Notes: generated from the sequence alone by a model not told the origin. A stretch of DNA of 64,000 nucleotides from Rebecca billardiae RCC1528 (GCA_965240325.2 OZ251225.1:2976001-3040000); one strand, 5' to 3'. Shown: positions 33,902 to 46,885, numbered from the stretch's first letter. Numbers and translations: made by a program.

Positions 33902-35904
33902 ATGGGCACCTGCCAGTCCTCGGCGATCATCGCGATTCTACAGGCGAACAACCTCATGAGTTGGGATCCGAACTGCAGCATCGAAGGGCGAACGGGTGTG
34001 TGCGCGGCCGCAGCCCGGCGCACGCGGACGAACCCGCGCCGCGCCATCCTCATTTTCGTCCTCATGTGCCGTGCGTTTGCCATCGTGCGCAGTTAGCTCT
34101 GACGACTTCGCTTGCGACGTCTACTGTGATCTCGGCTACGAGATAGCGCCCGAGTTCGCCGATGACGAGGCCCTCCAAGGTATTAGAGCCTCTTGTCTCT
34201 CCGAGAATACTTGGTTCATGACAGTGGGGGGGCCGCCCGGCAGCCCCGCAGCGGATCTGGCGCCGCAGCTGTGCGTGGCGAATACGGGCGAGGTGACGCC
34301 TCTCCCGTCTCCGAGTGCGCGCGCGCGTGCGCGTGCTGGTACGCCCGCGCCCGAGCGTCGCGCGCGCGCCCGCTCACGCGCGGGCCGGCTTCCCCGCCCC
34401 TGCCCTCGCCACCGCGCGCCACAGCGCCTTACCCGAGTGCGCGCAGCACACGCGTGCTGCTGCGCCCACGCCGTGCGTCGCGCGCGCGCGCCCGCTGCTC
34501 GTCACGGGCTGCGCCCCCGCCCCTGCCCTGCCGCTCCGCGCCACAGCGCCCGTTCCGTCGCCGACGCCGACTCCAACTCCGAGTGCGCGCGCGCGCACGC
34601 GCGCTGCTACGCCCGCGCCGCGCATCGCGCGCGCGCCCGCTGATCGTCACGGGCCGCGCCCCCGCCCCTGCCCTGCCGCTCCGCGCCACAGTCCCGTCGC
34701 CGACGCCCGAGCCATCGCCCGAGCCGTCCCCTGAGCCTTCGCCTGAGCCGTCACCCGAGCCGTCGCCTGAGCCGTCGCCTGAGCCGTCGCCCGAGCCGTC
34801 GCCGAGTGCGCGCAGCACACGCGTGCTGCTACGCCCGCGCCGCGCATGCGCGCGCGCCCGCTGATCGTCCCGGGCCGCGCCCCCGCCCCTGCCGATGCCG
34901 CTCCGCGCCGCAGCGCCCGTCCCGTCGCCTACGCCGACGCCGACTCCAACTCCGACTCCGCTCCCATCGCCGCTCCCCTCGCCAACGCCGACGCCGAGTG
35001 CGCGCGGGCGCGCGCGCGCGTGCTGCTACGCCCGCGCCGCGTATCGCGCGCGCGCCCGCTGATCGTCACGGGCTGCGCTCCCGCCCCTGCTCGCCACCGC
35101 CGCGCCACAGCGCCCGTTCCGTCGCCGACGCCGACGCCTACTCCAACTCCGACTCCGGTCCCATCGCCGACCCCCACGCCCGTCCCATCGCCGCTCCCGT
35201 CGCCGACGCCGACGCCAAGTGCGCGCGGGCGCGCGCGCGGCTACGCCCGCGCCGCGCATCGCGCGCGCGCGCGCTGATCGTCACGGGCCGCGCCCCCGCC
35301 CCTGCCCTGCCGCCGCGCCACAGCGCCTGTTCCGTCGCCTACGCCGACTCCAACTCCGACTCCGCTCCCATCGCCGACTCCCACGCCCGTCCCATCGCCG
35401 CTCCCGTCGCCGACGCCGACGCCGAGTGCGCGCGGGCGCGCGCGCGGCTACGCCCGCGCCGCGCATCGCGCGCGCGCGCGCTGATCGTCACGGGCCGCGC
35501 CCCCGCCCCTGCCCTGCCGCCGCGCCACAGCACCCGTTCCGTCGCCGACGCCGACTCCAACTCCGACTCCGCTCCCATCGCCGTCACCGGCGCCCGAGCC
35601 TTCACCCACGCCGCTGCCCTCGCCGTCTCCCGGGCCGCAGCCTTCCCCCACGCCGCTGCCCTCGCCAAGTCCCGCGCCCAAGCCTGGAGAGGAGCCCAAT
35701 GGACCCGAGCCATCGCCCGCCCCGATCATTTGCCCGGTGAACTGCAGGCCCGCCATCTCGGACGGCAGCACGCGCCGTGCGCTCTCAAGCTCGCGCCAGG
35801 GCGCTCTCTCGCAGCGCGCGAATCGACGCCGGAAGGCGCTGCTCTTTGGCCATTTCGACAAGTTCAAGTGCCCCGTCGGATGCGAGCCGGCGGTGGCAGG
35901 CTGA
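33902..35904 (+). CDS. Cys-domain + Pro/Ser/Thr-rich protein, copy 2; exons 33902-33995, 34093-34314, 34425-34436, 34547-34582, 34692-34805, 34914-34997, 35111-35218, 35324-35425, 35531-35904
   Basis: Paralogue of 23971-25892; all phase-1 GT-AG introns; frame open to TGA at 35902-35904; includes a (PEPS)n exon. Confidence 0.75.
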
Positions 35905-36452
35905 GCACCGTATCGGTCTGATGTCGGAGCGCCGCAGACTCTAAGCAGACCCGCAACGGCCGGCGGGTGGCGGCGTGGGCCGCGCTGGCGGGCGCCGGCC
36001 CGCCCCGGCCGGGGCCCGCGCCCGGCCCCGCCGGCGCCGCCGCCCGGCCGTAGTCGGCTGACAGTCAGCCGACACGGCTGACGTGTCAGCCGGCAGCACC
36101 CTCCCAGCCGCCTGACCGCCTGACACTGTCAGGCAGCCCATCTCGCCACTCGCCTCGGACAGCCTGACACGTGTCAGGTGGTGTCAGTGTTAGATTGACT
36201 CAGGTGTCAGGTGGCCCTCCGCTGTCAAAGGTGAACTGCCCTGCCAGGCTGCACTCCAGCGCGGGCCATCCGTCTGAATCATGAATGACGATGATGATAG
36301 GCATAGCCATAGGGCACTGTCGTCATTGATTTGATGAGTAGCAGACATCATCAATCGCCATCGGGGGTCGGAAGGGACTCGGCTGCAGCATGAGCATGGA
36401 TCGAATCCGCTGCTTGGCGGATATTGATGACTATAATTTATAGTATAAAGAG

Positions 36453-36454
<2 letters not shown>

Positions 36455-36524
<70 letters not shown>
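36455..36524. repeat. (TA)n microsatellite
   Basis: Direct reading. Confidence 0.95.
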
Positions 36525-36526
<2 letters not shown>

Positions 36527-38085
36527 CCGCGTTCCGCGGTCTTTTTCCGTAGAACGAACGTAGTTCGGGGCCCGCGGTGCACCCTCCGTCGGCTGCTGTC
36601 TCAGTCTGACATGTGTAACAGTTCGCCTGAGCTGCCACCGCCAACTCAGTCACTGCCGCCCACCGGGCCGGCGGGCCGAGGACTGTCGCCGCGGGCCGCC
36701 GCGGGGACTAGCGGCCGGCGCGCGCGCGCAGGCAGGGCGAGAGGCGCTGGCGCGGCGCGAGCCGGCGCGTGCGCGCGAGCGGGCGCACCTGCTTGAGGTA
36801 CTCGCCCTGCGCCATGCGCTCGACGACGGGCCGCTGGTCGCTCAGCCGGCACGCCTCGTGCCGGCAGAGCGAGAGCGCGCGCCACTGCAGACTGCTGACC
36901 CGCCGGCCTGCCGGCTGCGCAGCCGCGCACCGAGACCGACCGAGCGGAGCTCGGGGCGGTGGAACGAGGCGAGCGGCGCGTCGCGCCTGCCGCCGCGCGT
37001 GCGCGCCTGCTCCACCGCGCCGCCGTGCTCGCCCGCCGCCTCCTCCGCCGCGTCGGCCTCGAAGACGGCGGCTGCCAGCGGCAGGCTGAGCTGCGCGCGG
37101 CTCACTCGTAACACTGTCTGTGAGTCCTCACGCTGCTGCCGGACCTCCGCGCCGCCGTCGACCGAGTTGAGGAGGAGCTCGCGCTCGGCGTCGAGGCGCG
37201 AGCTCGCGTGCTCGAGCTCGCCCTTCAGCCGCGCGAGCTCCGGGCGCATCCGGCTCATCAGCTCTGCCGCGCCGCTCGCTCGGCGGCGGCGGGCGGCGCG
37301 CTCTGCTCCGGTCGGCGAGCGACGAGCTCGTCGCCGAGACTCCGAGTCGTCGCGTGCTCCGGACTCGGCTCGCCCTTGCGCGCTGCTCCTCGAGTGACGA
37401 ACGCGCCCGCGGGCAGGTTGTTGCCCGTCGCCCCCGCCGCGATCTCGCCGCCCCCGCCGCGATCTCGTCGCCCGCCGCCTCCTCCTCCGCCGCGTCGGCC
37501 TCGAAGACGGCGGCTGCCAGCGGCAGGCTGAGCTGCGCGCGGCTCACTCACACTGTCTGTGAGTCCTCACGCTGCTGCCGGACCTCCGCGCCGCCGTCGA
37601 CCGAGTTGAGGAGGAGCTCGGGCTCGGCGTCGAGGCGCGAGCTCGCGTGCTCGAGCTCGCCCTTCAGCCGCGCGAGCTCCGGGCGCATCCGGCTCATCAC
37701 ATCAGCTCTGCCGCCTCGCTCGGCGGCGGCGGGCGGCGCGCTCTGCTCCGGTCGGCGAGCGACGAGCTCGCGTGCTCCGGACTCGGCTCGCCCTTGCGCG
37801 CTGCTCCTCGAGTGACGAACGCGCCCGCGGGCAGGTTGTTGTCCGTCGCCCGCGCCGCGATCTCGCCGCCCCCGCCGCGATCTCGTCGCGCATGTGTCCG
37901 TGGCGCGCGCCTGCGAGGTGACAGGCGGGCCGCGAGCTCAGCCTCGGGGAGAGCGGAGCGAGAGGGCGAGACGCGCGGCCTGCGAGGCGACAGGCGCGCT
38001 CGGGGAGAGCAGAGCCGAGAGCGCGAGGGCGAGACCACTGCGGCCGGCCGGCCCCCGCCACCGCCACGCGCCGTCACTGCTGCGG
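36523..38085. repeat. Dispersed repeat, left copy, with internal ~440-bp tandem duplication; inverted relative to 45483-46543
   Basis: atgaccgcgttccgcggtc...ccgtagaac is the reverse complement of 46515-46543; both copies carry the remnant MSRxRPELARLKGELExASSxLDAERELLLNS. Confidence 0.85.
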
Positions 38086-38550
38086 CGTCCCCCGGTCGGG
38101 GTGGGCGCTGCCCGAGCAAAGCTCGCTCAGAGCCGGAAAGCCGTGACCGCAGCTGAATCAAGGGCCGGCGCGCCCGGGTTCGTCGCGCTGCTTTTTTTTA
38201 CTATTCACAGTTGGAGGTGATCAAGTTTCCCGATCCCTTGCCTTGCCGTTTTTATCGGTTGGCGGTTGGCGGCAATCTCATACTTAAAATCGCGCTCGTA
38301 ACGAACCGTTACACTAATGTCACGTCCAGCTGACGTCCAGATCGCACTTTACTTAGGGAATCAGCTGGGCGCGGTTTTTTTTGGCCTGATAGACCTCTCA
38401 ATGCGATCTCAAAAACTCGAAACTCGGTCTCCGCCAGCCCTAAAAATCGCCCCCCGTCCCTTTTTTCTTGATCAAAGATCTTTTTGAAACGTGGTTCGGG
38501 CCCGCTGGTGCGGGCTCCACGCTGCGCGCTCCGCCCTGCACCGCGGGCCA

Positions 38551-38553
<3 letters not shown>

Positions 38554-38641
<88 letters not shown>
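38554..38641. repeat. (TA)n microsatellite
   Basis: Direct reading. Confidence 0.95.
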
Positions 38642-38644
<3 letters not shown>

Positions 38645-38987
38645 TGACTTCACGGCTCGGGCGGTCGGGCGCGGCCAAGCCCTTAGCCCCGCCGATTGGC
38701 CCGATTGCCCCGACTAGACTCGTTACGGAACTGGGGGTGGTGGACCGGAGCTGGACGGCCATCACGCGACATGTATCGCGATGACGGCGACCGGACGGAC
38801 GCAGATCGGCAAGTGACGCGAAATCGCGCGTGCACCGGCGCACCACCTGACCACCGCCCTCGCACCTCGACAGACCGAAAGTTGTTCAACGCGAGCGCGG
38901 GCCTGCCGCCCTGCCGCGCCCCGCGGACACTCGGAGTGAGTCAAGAGTGCGACGACACGGTGTGCAGCGCGCAGCGCAGGCTGCTGC

Positions 38988-41110
38988 TCAGCGGAACGCG
39001 GTCCGCAGGGACCCGACCAGTGCAGGCGTGGCCACGCGCATCGGCTCGCCATCCACAGCCGTGCCGAGGCCGAGGCCGAGCGCGCCTGAGTGCTCTCCAC
39101 ACGCGTACACGTCTCCGCCCGCCGTCTCAAACAGCGAGTGGCATTGGCCCATGGCACAGCGCACCACGCGCGTGTGCGACAGGGCGGTCACGCGTGAAGG
39201 CGCCAGATGGCCTTCATCCGTGCGCTCAGTGCCCAGCATGGCGGGGAACTTGCCCCCGAACGTGTGCACGCTGCCGTCCGCGCCCAGCACCGCGCTGCTG
39301 AAGTGGCCGGAGTACGCGCGCACTGCACGCACGCCTGCAAGGGCCTCGATGCGCTTGGGCACGGCGCCGGCAGGCCAATCGCCGCGCCTCGGCGTGCCCT
39401 TGGCCTCAACGCCGAACGAGCGCACGCCGCCATCCGCGTCCACCACCAGGCTGTGGTCACCGCCCGCGCTCACGTGCACGGCGCGCACGCCCGCGAGCGC
39501 CTCGATGCGCCTCGGCGTGTGCTGATCCTGCCGGTTGCCGTGGCCGAGCTGGCCATCATTGCCAAGGCCGCACGAGAAGACGCAGCCAGTGGTGGAGAGC
39601 AGCAGCGTGTGAAAACCCCCTGCCGACACCCCGCCCACTCGCACGCCGCCCAGCGTCTCGATGCGCGTCGGCTCCCGTCGCTGCTCCGTGTCGCCGTGGC
39701 CGAGCTCGCCGCAGAAATTTTTGCCCCAGCTGTACGCGCAGCCCGCGGCCGTAAGCGCGAGGCTGTGCACGCAGCCTGCAGCTATACAGACGACGGGCTC
39801 ACTCGCGGGTAGCCCGACGAGTGTGAATGAGCGTTGCTCCTCCGTGTGGCCCAGACCGAGCTGGCCGCGGTGGTTGTTGCCGCAGCCGTACACGGCGCCG
39901 GCCTCGCTCAGTGCGAGTAGGTGGTCGTCGCCAGCGGCCACAGCGGCCACGCGCACCGCGGAGAGCGATGCGACGCGGGTCGGCACGTACACTGGCGGCG
40001 CCTGACGCCCGTGAGCGATAGCAAGCGGCGCAACGTACCTGGGGACCACCTCCTCGACCACCTCCTCGTCCTCGTCGTCGCTCTCCGGCATCTCCTCCTC
40101 CCCCTCCTCCTGCTCGCCGCACGTGTGCAGCCCGCCCTCCGCGTCCACAAACGCGCTGAAGCGAACGCCGCACGCGATCGGGCTCGCGTGCGCGCACGCC
40201 AGCCGGTACACGCGCTCCAACTGGAGGAGCTCCACGGACCACGTGCGCACGCCTGCGGGCAGCTCGGCGGGCAGCGCGCGCTCGTGCCCGCGCGCACGCG
40301 CGCGCGCGCGGAGCACGTGCTCGACCGGCGAGCGGCCACCGGGTGTGCCGCGGAAGGGGCGCGAGGCGGCGTTGGCGGCGGCGAGATCACGCGGGGCGTC
40401 GAGGTGGTGCAGGATGCGCTCGATCAGCTCCGATGGCAGGCCAGCCAGTGCGTCCCCGCGGCTCTCGCGGCGCTGCTTGCACGCGCGGAAGTGCTCATCC
40501 CTCACCTGGCGCAAGCGCTCCAGTGGCCTGCGGGAGCGCGTGCCACAGCGCGCGCGCGGCCGAGCGCGCGCGCGCGCATGCGCGCGCGAGTGAGGCTCTT
40601 GGAGGCGCGCGCGGCTCGCACGCGACGCACGCGCGGCGCGCGCGCGATGGCGCACCCGATCGCGACACCCGTCGCCTTGTCGAACGCCATGGCGCACCAT
40701 TCCTCGCACACGCGCTCCCAGTAGCCCAACCGATCCGGCTCATTGTGCGCCACCCTGCGCGCACGCGCGGCCGGGGGCGCGCGAGCGCGCGCGCCTCGTC
40801 GATTCGCGCTCAGCTCGCGCGTCGCGTGGACCGAGCCAGCGCGCACGCGGGTCCACGCGTGCGTGCGCCACGAGCGCGCGTGCGCGCACTCGGCGGAGTA
40901 GATCATGGTCTTGAGTATGGGGCAGGTGAGAATGTCGTGCCACGTCAGAAGGCCCTCGCGGATGAGTTCTGAGATCATCTTCTGGAGGCCCGGCGCTCCG
41001 GCAGGCGAGCACTGCCTGTCCCATAAGTCCAATGCCCCCGGGTCGGCATCGTCGGGCGGGCTGATCGGGTCTGTGTTGGAGTCGCCCAGCACATGCGAAC
41101 CCCACATCAT
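38988..41110 (-). CDS. F-box-like + RCC1-repeat protein, copy 1; exons 41110-40890, 40754-40656, 40527-38988
   Basis: LAGLPSELIERILHHL (F-box-like); repeated AAGxxHxLAL...GxVYxxGxNxxGQLGxG; two phase-2 GT-AG introns join the upstream exons in frame. Confidence 0.82.
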
Positions 41111-41506
41111 TGCGAGCGGCTGCGGCGCCTGCGCGAGCGGCGCGGCGAGCGGAGAGGGTCGCGCGAGGCGAGCGCACGAGTCTGCGGGCGCGAGCATCGG
41201 GCGCGATCGTGCGCGCGCGAGGCGCGGCGTGCGCGGACGCCGCGTCGGGCGTACGAAAGGCGCGGGAAGGCTGTGCGAGTTGGCGTGAGCGGCTTAGGGG
41301 CAGGCGCAGGCGCGCCGCGCGCAAGCCACTCCCCACCGACCGACCGCCCGCCCGCCCCTCCGCTGGCTCCAATCCGGCTGCTGCGCCGGCCCCCGGACCT
41401 TCCTTCCACTCAGCAAGCAAGGCGGGTAGTACATTTAGTCACAGACAGCTGTGGGAGTTGCGTCGTCAACCCAATTCGCCACGGTTCTTGCTGGACGCGC
41501 ACGAGC

Positions 41507-44439
41507 ATGGTGAGCTGGCGGGTCACCGCGGGCTCATCGAGCGGTGCGGAGGCCAGGCCGGTGTCGATCGCTGGCCAGCTCGAGGAGGCGCGCACGCCAT
41601 TTGAGCTGCCGCAGCCCATGCGTGGCCGATTCACGGGCGCGTTCTTGGGCGGCGACCTGGAGGACGTGTACCGCGGCCAGGAGCTCAAGCCACACCTTGA
41701 GCGGAGCATGTGGCGGATCGTCGTGGTGGTCACCCTCTTCTTGGCTGCCCAGCAGCTGATCCGGATGGTGTCGAGGTCGCCGCCCTACGGCTTCGCCGTG
41801 TGGCTCCCGTTCGTCAACCTGGCGGGCTCGCTGATCACGCTGTGCGTGATCGTGTGCGCAAAGCGCCTCAACTGGCCGCTGCGCGTGTTGGAGCTGTGGA
41901 CCACGTTCTACCTAACCGTCATGTTCGTCATCCTGCAGCTCACCGATCGTGTCGACCAGTACCTGCAGTGCAATGGCGACCTCGCCGCGGCACCCGCTCT
42001 GGTCGACGTGGCCTCGTGCATCGACGACGGCACATCGGCCGCGCTCAAGTACTGCGGCCTGCTCACGCTCGTGAGCATCTTCACGCCGCTGCGCCCGCCG
42101 CTGTTCACGTGCATCGCCGCGTTCGGCTTCGTCACCGTCGTCCTCGTCGAGTTCCTCATCCTGCGCGCGCCGATGTCGGAGAAGGTGATCCACATCATCC
42201 TGTACGGGCTGATCACCTACTTCCTCACCGAGGGCCGCTCGCGCATGATGCGCATCGAGCGCACGCAGTGGTACTTCCACCGCGAGGTCGACGCGGCGGT
42301 GGCGAGGATGCACGTCGCCGAGCGCGCGCGCGCGTCCCAGGAGCTCAAGCTCGCGAGCGCCTCGTCCGCCACCGTCGCGCGCTCGCGGCTGATCCGCGTC
42401 GCGATGCACGACCTGCGCAGCCCGCTGCTCTCGATGCTCAACCTCGCGTCGACGATGAGCAAGCTGCCGCACACGACGACGCTGGGGCACGCGGGCGTGC
42501 AGGAGGCGATCGCGACGCTGCGGCAGTGCGCCACGCTGATGGAGCACATCGTCTCGGACATGCTCGACTTTGAGCGCATCGACAGCGGCCGGCTCAACCT
42601 CGTGCTCGACAGCTTCCGCACCGACCAGCTGCTCTCGAGCGCCAAGGCGACCTTCGACGGGCTCTGCACGGCGAAGAGCGTGCGGCTCGTGATCGAGCCG
42701 CTGCCCGAGGCGCTCGCGGGCGAGCGCGGCACGTTCGTCGGCGACGTGCGCCGGCTGCAGCAGTGCCTGAACAACGGCGTCTCCAACGCGCTCAAGTTCA
42801 CCGAGCGCGGCGGGCACATCACCATCCGCGTCGTCGCGGGCGCGCACGAGGACGCGGCGGCCGGCTGGGCGCGGCTGCACGTGCTCGTCATCGACGACGG
42901 CTCGGGGCTGAGCAGCGAGGAGCTCGAGACGCTCACGCGCGGCGAGGCCTTCTCGCAGGTCGGCCGCGGGCAGCTGCAGGGCAGCGGCGGCACGGGCCTC
43001 GGGCTGGGCATCACGCGCCAGATCCTGCAGCTGCACAACGGCTCCGAGCTGCGGCTCGAGTCCGACGGCCCCGGCACCGGCGTCACCTTCGAGATGGTGG
43101 TGAACGTGCGCGCGCCGCCGCGCGCGCGGCCGGCGGAGGCGCGCTCGGAGACGGCCGGCCCCGCCGAGGCGCAGCCACCCGCGCAGCAGGCCGAGCGCGC
43201 GCTCGCGGCCAGCGGCCTGGCGTGCTCGAGCCGCGCGCGTGGAGGCACGGCCGAGACGGACGCGACGACCGTCGACGTCGACGCGTCGGACGACGACGAC
43301 GCGGACGACCCGTCGGGCGCCGCGCACCCGCGCGCGAGCATGGCCTCCGTGACCTCCGAGGCGCCCCGCTCGCTGCCCCCGTCCACGGAGTTCCGCCGCT
43401 TCACGCGCAAGGGCTCGATGGGCGGCTACCAGGGCGACCGCACGCACGCCAAGGCGCTGAGCGCCGGCTGGCAGCCCGACGTCGCCGCGCTGCGCTCGCT
43501 CGCGGCGCACCACGACGAGCAGCCGCTCGAGCACGACGCGGCGGACGAGGTCGAGCGCTTCGACGATGGGCGCAGCTCGCGCGTCGCGGCGCCCTTCGCG
43601 CCCGCCGTGCGCGCGCGCCACGCACCGCCGGGGCGGGCGTCGTCGGCGCACGTGCCGCACGCGCTGCCGCTGCCGCCGCTGCCGGGCGAGCCCGATCACG
43701 CGCACCCTCCGGGGCCCGCCGCGCCCGCCGCGCCCGCCGCGGAGCCGTTCTGCGTGCTGCACGTGGAGGACGACCCGTTCCTGCAGATCACCCTCCCGCT
43801 GCGCGTCTTCGAGGAGCTCAGCTGCGCGTACGAGCAGGCGGTGAACGGGCAGGAGGCGGTCGTGAAGGTGCTCAAGCGCGAGGTGCCGTACGGGGCCATC
43901 CTGATCGACAACCAGATGCCCGTGATGAGCGGCTGCGAGGCCACCAAGCAGATGCGCGGTGAGCGCGCGCGCGCGCGCGCGGAGCCGAGCGCGCGCCCGG
44001 CGCCGCGCGGCATGGCTGACGGCGCTGTGCGCCCGCGCGCCGCGCGCGCGCAGCTGCGGGCTACACGGGCACCATCATCGGCATGACGGGCGACCCGGCC
44101 GGCTCAGACGACCGCAATGTGCGCGCGCGCGCGGCCCCGGGCGCGAGTGGCGGCGTGCGAGGGCCGCACGGAGCTGGCCGCTGCCCGCGTGCGCCTCGCG
44201 CGCCGCCGTCACCGCCCTGCCGTCACCGCCCGCGCTGCCCCCGCCCGCGCTGCGGATGGCGGCCTGCGCAGGCTTTCGAGGCGGCTGGGCTGGACCTGTG
44301 CGTGGACAAGTCCACCGATGGGGTTGAGGCCGTCATCAAGGTGATCAGGGGCGCCATGGACAAAGCAGCAGCCGGTGGCGCGAACGGCGGGAGTGCAGCG
44401 GCCGCAGCGCCGGCGCCGAGGAAGAATCCATTGCTCTGA
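41507..44439 (+). CDS. Membrane-bound hybrid sensor histidine kinase (TM-HisKA-HATPase-receiver); introns 43959-44053 and 44119-44271
   Basis: AMHDLRSPL (H box), NNGVSNALKFT (N), DDGSGL (G1), GGTGLGL (G2); receiver VLHVEDD, ILIDNQMP, IGMTG, VDK. Confidence 0.93.
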
Positions 44440-45482
44440 GCGGATCGACACCGAGCGAGATTCGGTGGCACTATTGAAACGGACTCACGGCCACGCCGCG
44501 GCCGCCCCCCTCTCAGTCTCAGTCTCACCGCTCTGCACAGTCTGTCGGAGTCGGAGTAGCGGACCGCGCGTCCGTGACGCTGCGACTACTGACGCTAGCG
44601 CCGGGTCGTAGCGACCGCCGAACTATACTATCTGTCCGCGTGCTGTGACGTACTCCGTGTCGTCTGCGCTGTGCGCACTGGCTGCGCCTCGTCGGAATAT
44701 CGGCCGCAACTCACTCATCAATGCCCCGACGCCTGCGCCGCCCCTCCCCCCGTACGCCTGCTTGCGCTTACAAATAAGTTCCGTCGTAGTAGTATATTTG
44801 CCGGCGGCGGACAATCGATCAAAGAAAAGGGGACGGGGGACGATTTTGAGGGCTGTTGGAGGGTGAGTTTTCGCTTATTTTTCGGCGGGGTACATTGGCC
44901 CATTGCTCTCCATTAGCAAGACGCGATTGACGAAAGAAGCGCGCCCGCGCCATTCCGCATATGTCGATGGACGGACGTGAGCCTGTGGACGTGCGTATGC
45001 ATTTGTCCGTATATCTGGGTAGTGAACGAATATCTAGCTGCGATTTGGTGTGAATATCCATCATACGGAACAACACTTGGTCGCCAGTCCGGGACCAACC
45101 GGACCCAGGGCCGGACGTGTTTTTTAAAAGTGCATGTGCACGGGGGTCCTACAGTAGCAGGGTATTCTACCATCAAGGGGGTTCCCGTTCAATCTTCCGA
45201 CGATACGGTCTGATCACCCGGAGCCCGTTATATTAAAGGGGAATTAAAAAAAAGTTGAACGTGCATGGTCGTAAATGGACATGGTTCCCGCGTAAGCCAC
45301 TAGAGGGCGCACTGCAGACAAAAGATGATCACTCCGTAGGGTATTCGTGACGAATATACAGCACGCAGACGAAATTGCACTATGGGGCAAGGCCCTTGAC
45401 GACTCGCGCCGGTACGCGCTGGCGCGAGCCGCGACGCGTGGAGCCCCGTTGACTCGGACCGGGGACCGTGCGTGCGCGTGCC

Positions 45483-46543
45483 GCCGCAGTACGCCGCGGT
45501 GCGCGAGGTGGTGGCGGGGGCCGGCCGGCCGCTGCCTCTCGCCCTCGCACTCTGCTCTCCCCGAGCGCGCCTGTCGCCTCGCAGGCCCCGCGTCTATCTA
45601 CTGACTACTCCGTCTCGCCCGGCCCTCGCGCTCCGCTCTCACCGAGCGCGCCCACCGGTCTGCCGTCTTGCCGGGCCGCGTGGCCGAGTCACGCCGAGTC
45701 GGCGCGCGCCCAACAACCTACCCGCGGGCGCGTTCGTCGCTCGAGGAGGAGCGCGCAAGGGCGAGCCGAGTCCGGAGCACTACGCGAGCTCGTCGCTTGA
45801 GGTCCAATGAGGACGGAAGCGCGCCGCGACGGCACGCCGCAGCGGAGATGAGCCGGACGCGCCCGGAGCTAGCGCGGCTGAAGGGCGAGCTCGAGCTCGC
45901 GAGCTCGCTCCTCGACGCCGAGCGCGAGCTCCTCCTCAACTCGGTCGTCGACCGCGCCGGAGGTGCAGCAGCAGCAACTCGGCGAGCACGCACGGCCACG
46001 GGCTGCCGATTGTCACGGCCTGCCGCGCTGGCTGCCGCCTGGCTTCGAGGCCAACGTGGCGGACGAGGAGGCGGCGGGCGAGCACGGCGCGGCGCAGTGG
46101 AGCAGGCGCGCACGCGCGACGGCAGGCGCGACGCGCCGCTCGCCTCGTTCCACTCCGAGCTCCGTTCGGTCTCGCCTCTGGCGATCGGTGCGCGGCTGCG
46201 CAGCGCCGGGCCAGCAGTGCCCGCTGGCAGTGGCGCGCGCTCTCGCTCTGCCGGCACGAGGCGCGCCGGCTGAGCGACCAGCGGCCCGTCGTCGAGCGCA
46301 TGGCGCAGCGCGAGCACCTCAAGCAAGTGCGCCCGCACGCCCGCACGCGCCGGCCCGCGCCGCGCGGCGCCTCTCGCCCTGCGCGCGCGCGCCGCCCCGG
46401 CGGCAGCGCTTCCCGCCGCGCGGCCCGCGGCGACAGTCCTCGGCCCGCCATGTCAGTCAGACTGATCGACAGCAGCCGACGGAGGTTGCGCCGCGGGCCC
46501 CTAACTACGTTGGTTCTACGGAAGGACCGCGGAACGCGGTCAT
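45483..46543. repeat. Dispersed repeat, right (inverted) copy of 36523-38085
   Basis: Reverse-complement similarity along ~1 kb. Confidence 0.85.
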
Positions 46544-46885
46544 CATCATCACATACTGACTGACTAATAGTAGCACTAGCGGTTCAGCCCGCTCGGTACC
46601 GGTACAGCGCTATATAGCGCCGCAGATCGAGCAGCAGGTTCGCGACTGCGAGTCGTATAGGCGATGATGCGCTGATGGTGACGATGGCCGTCGGACCGCG
46701 CACCGGTCCGCCAGGCGGCCCACCCACCGCCCAGGGCCAGGCGCCAGCCAGCCTAGTGAGCCTGGGCGGCGGCACCGTGCGGGCACCTACTCGCTGCTGA
46801 TGACGGCCCGTGCCCATCGAATTCAACAGCTGCGTCGGCGGTCACCACCGCACATTGTCTCTGCAGCGGAGCAGTGGGGCGCGCG

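Noticed and set aside
36190-38846. ORFs with (YI)n tracts; likewise (CV)n/(HT)n ORFs at 21238-22369
   Set aside because: Translations of microsatellites.
41507-44439. Bacterial contamination suggested by the histidine kinase and lipB
   Set aside because: The kinase has spliceosomal introns and sits among eukaryote-specific genes (PLRG1, ArfGAP).
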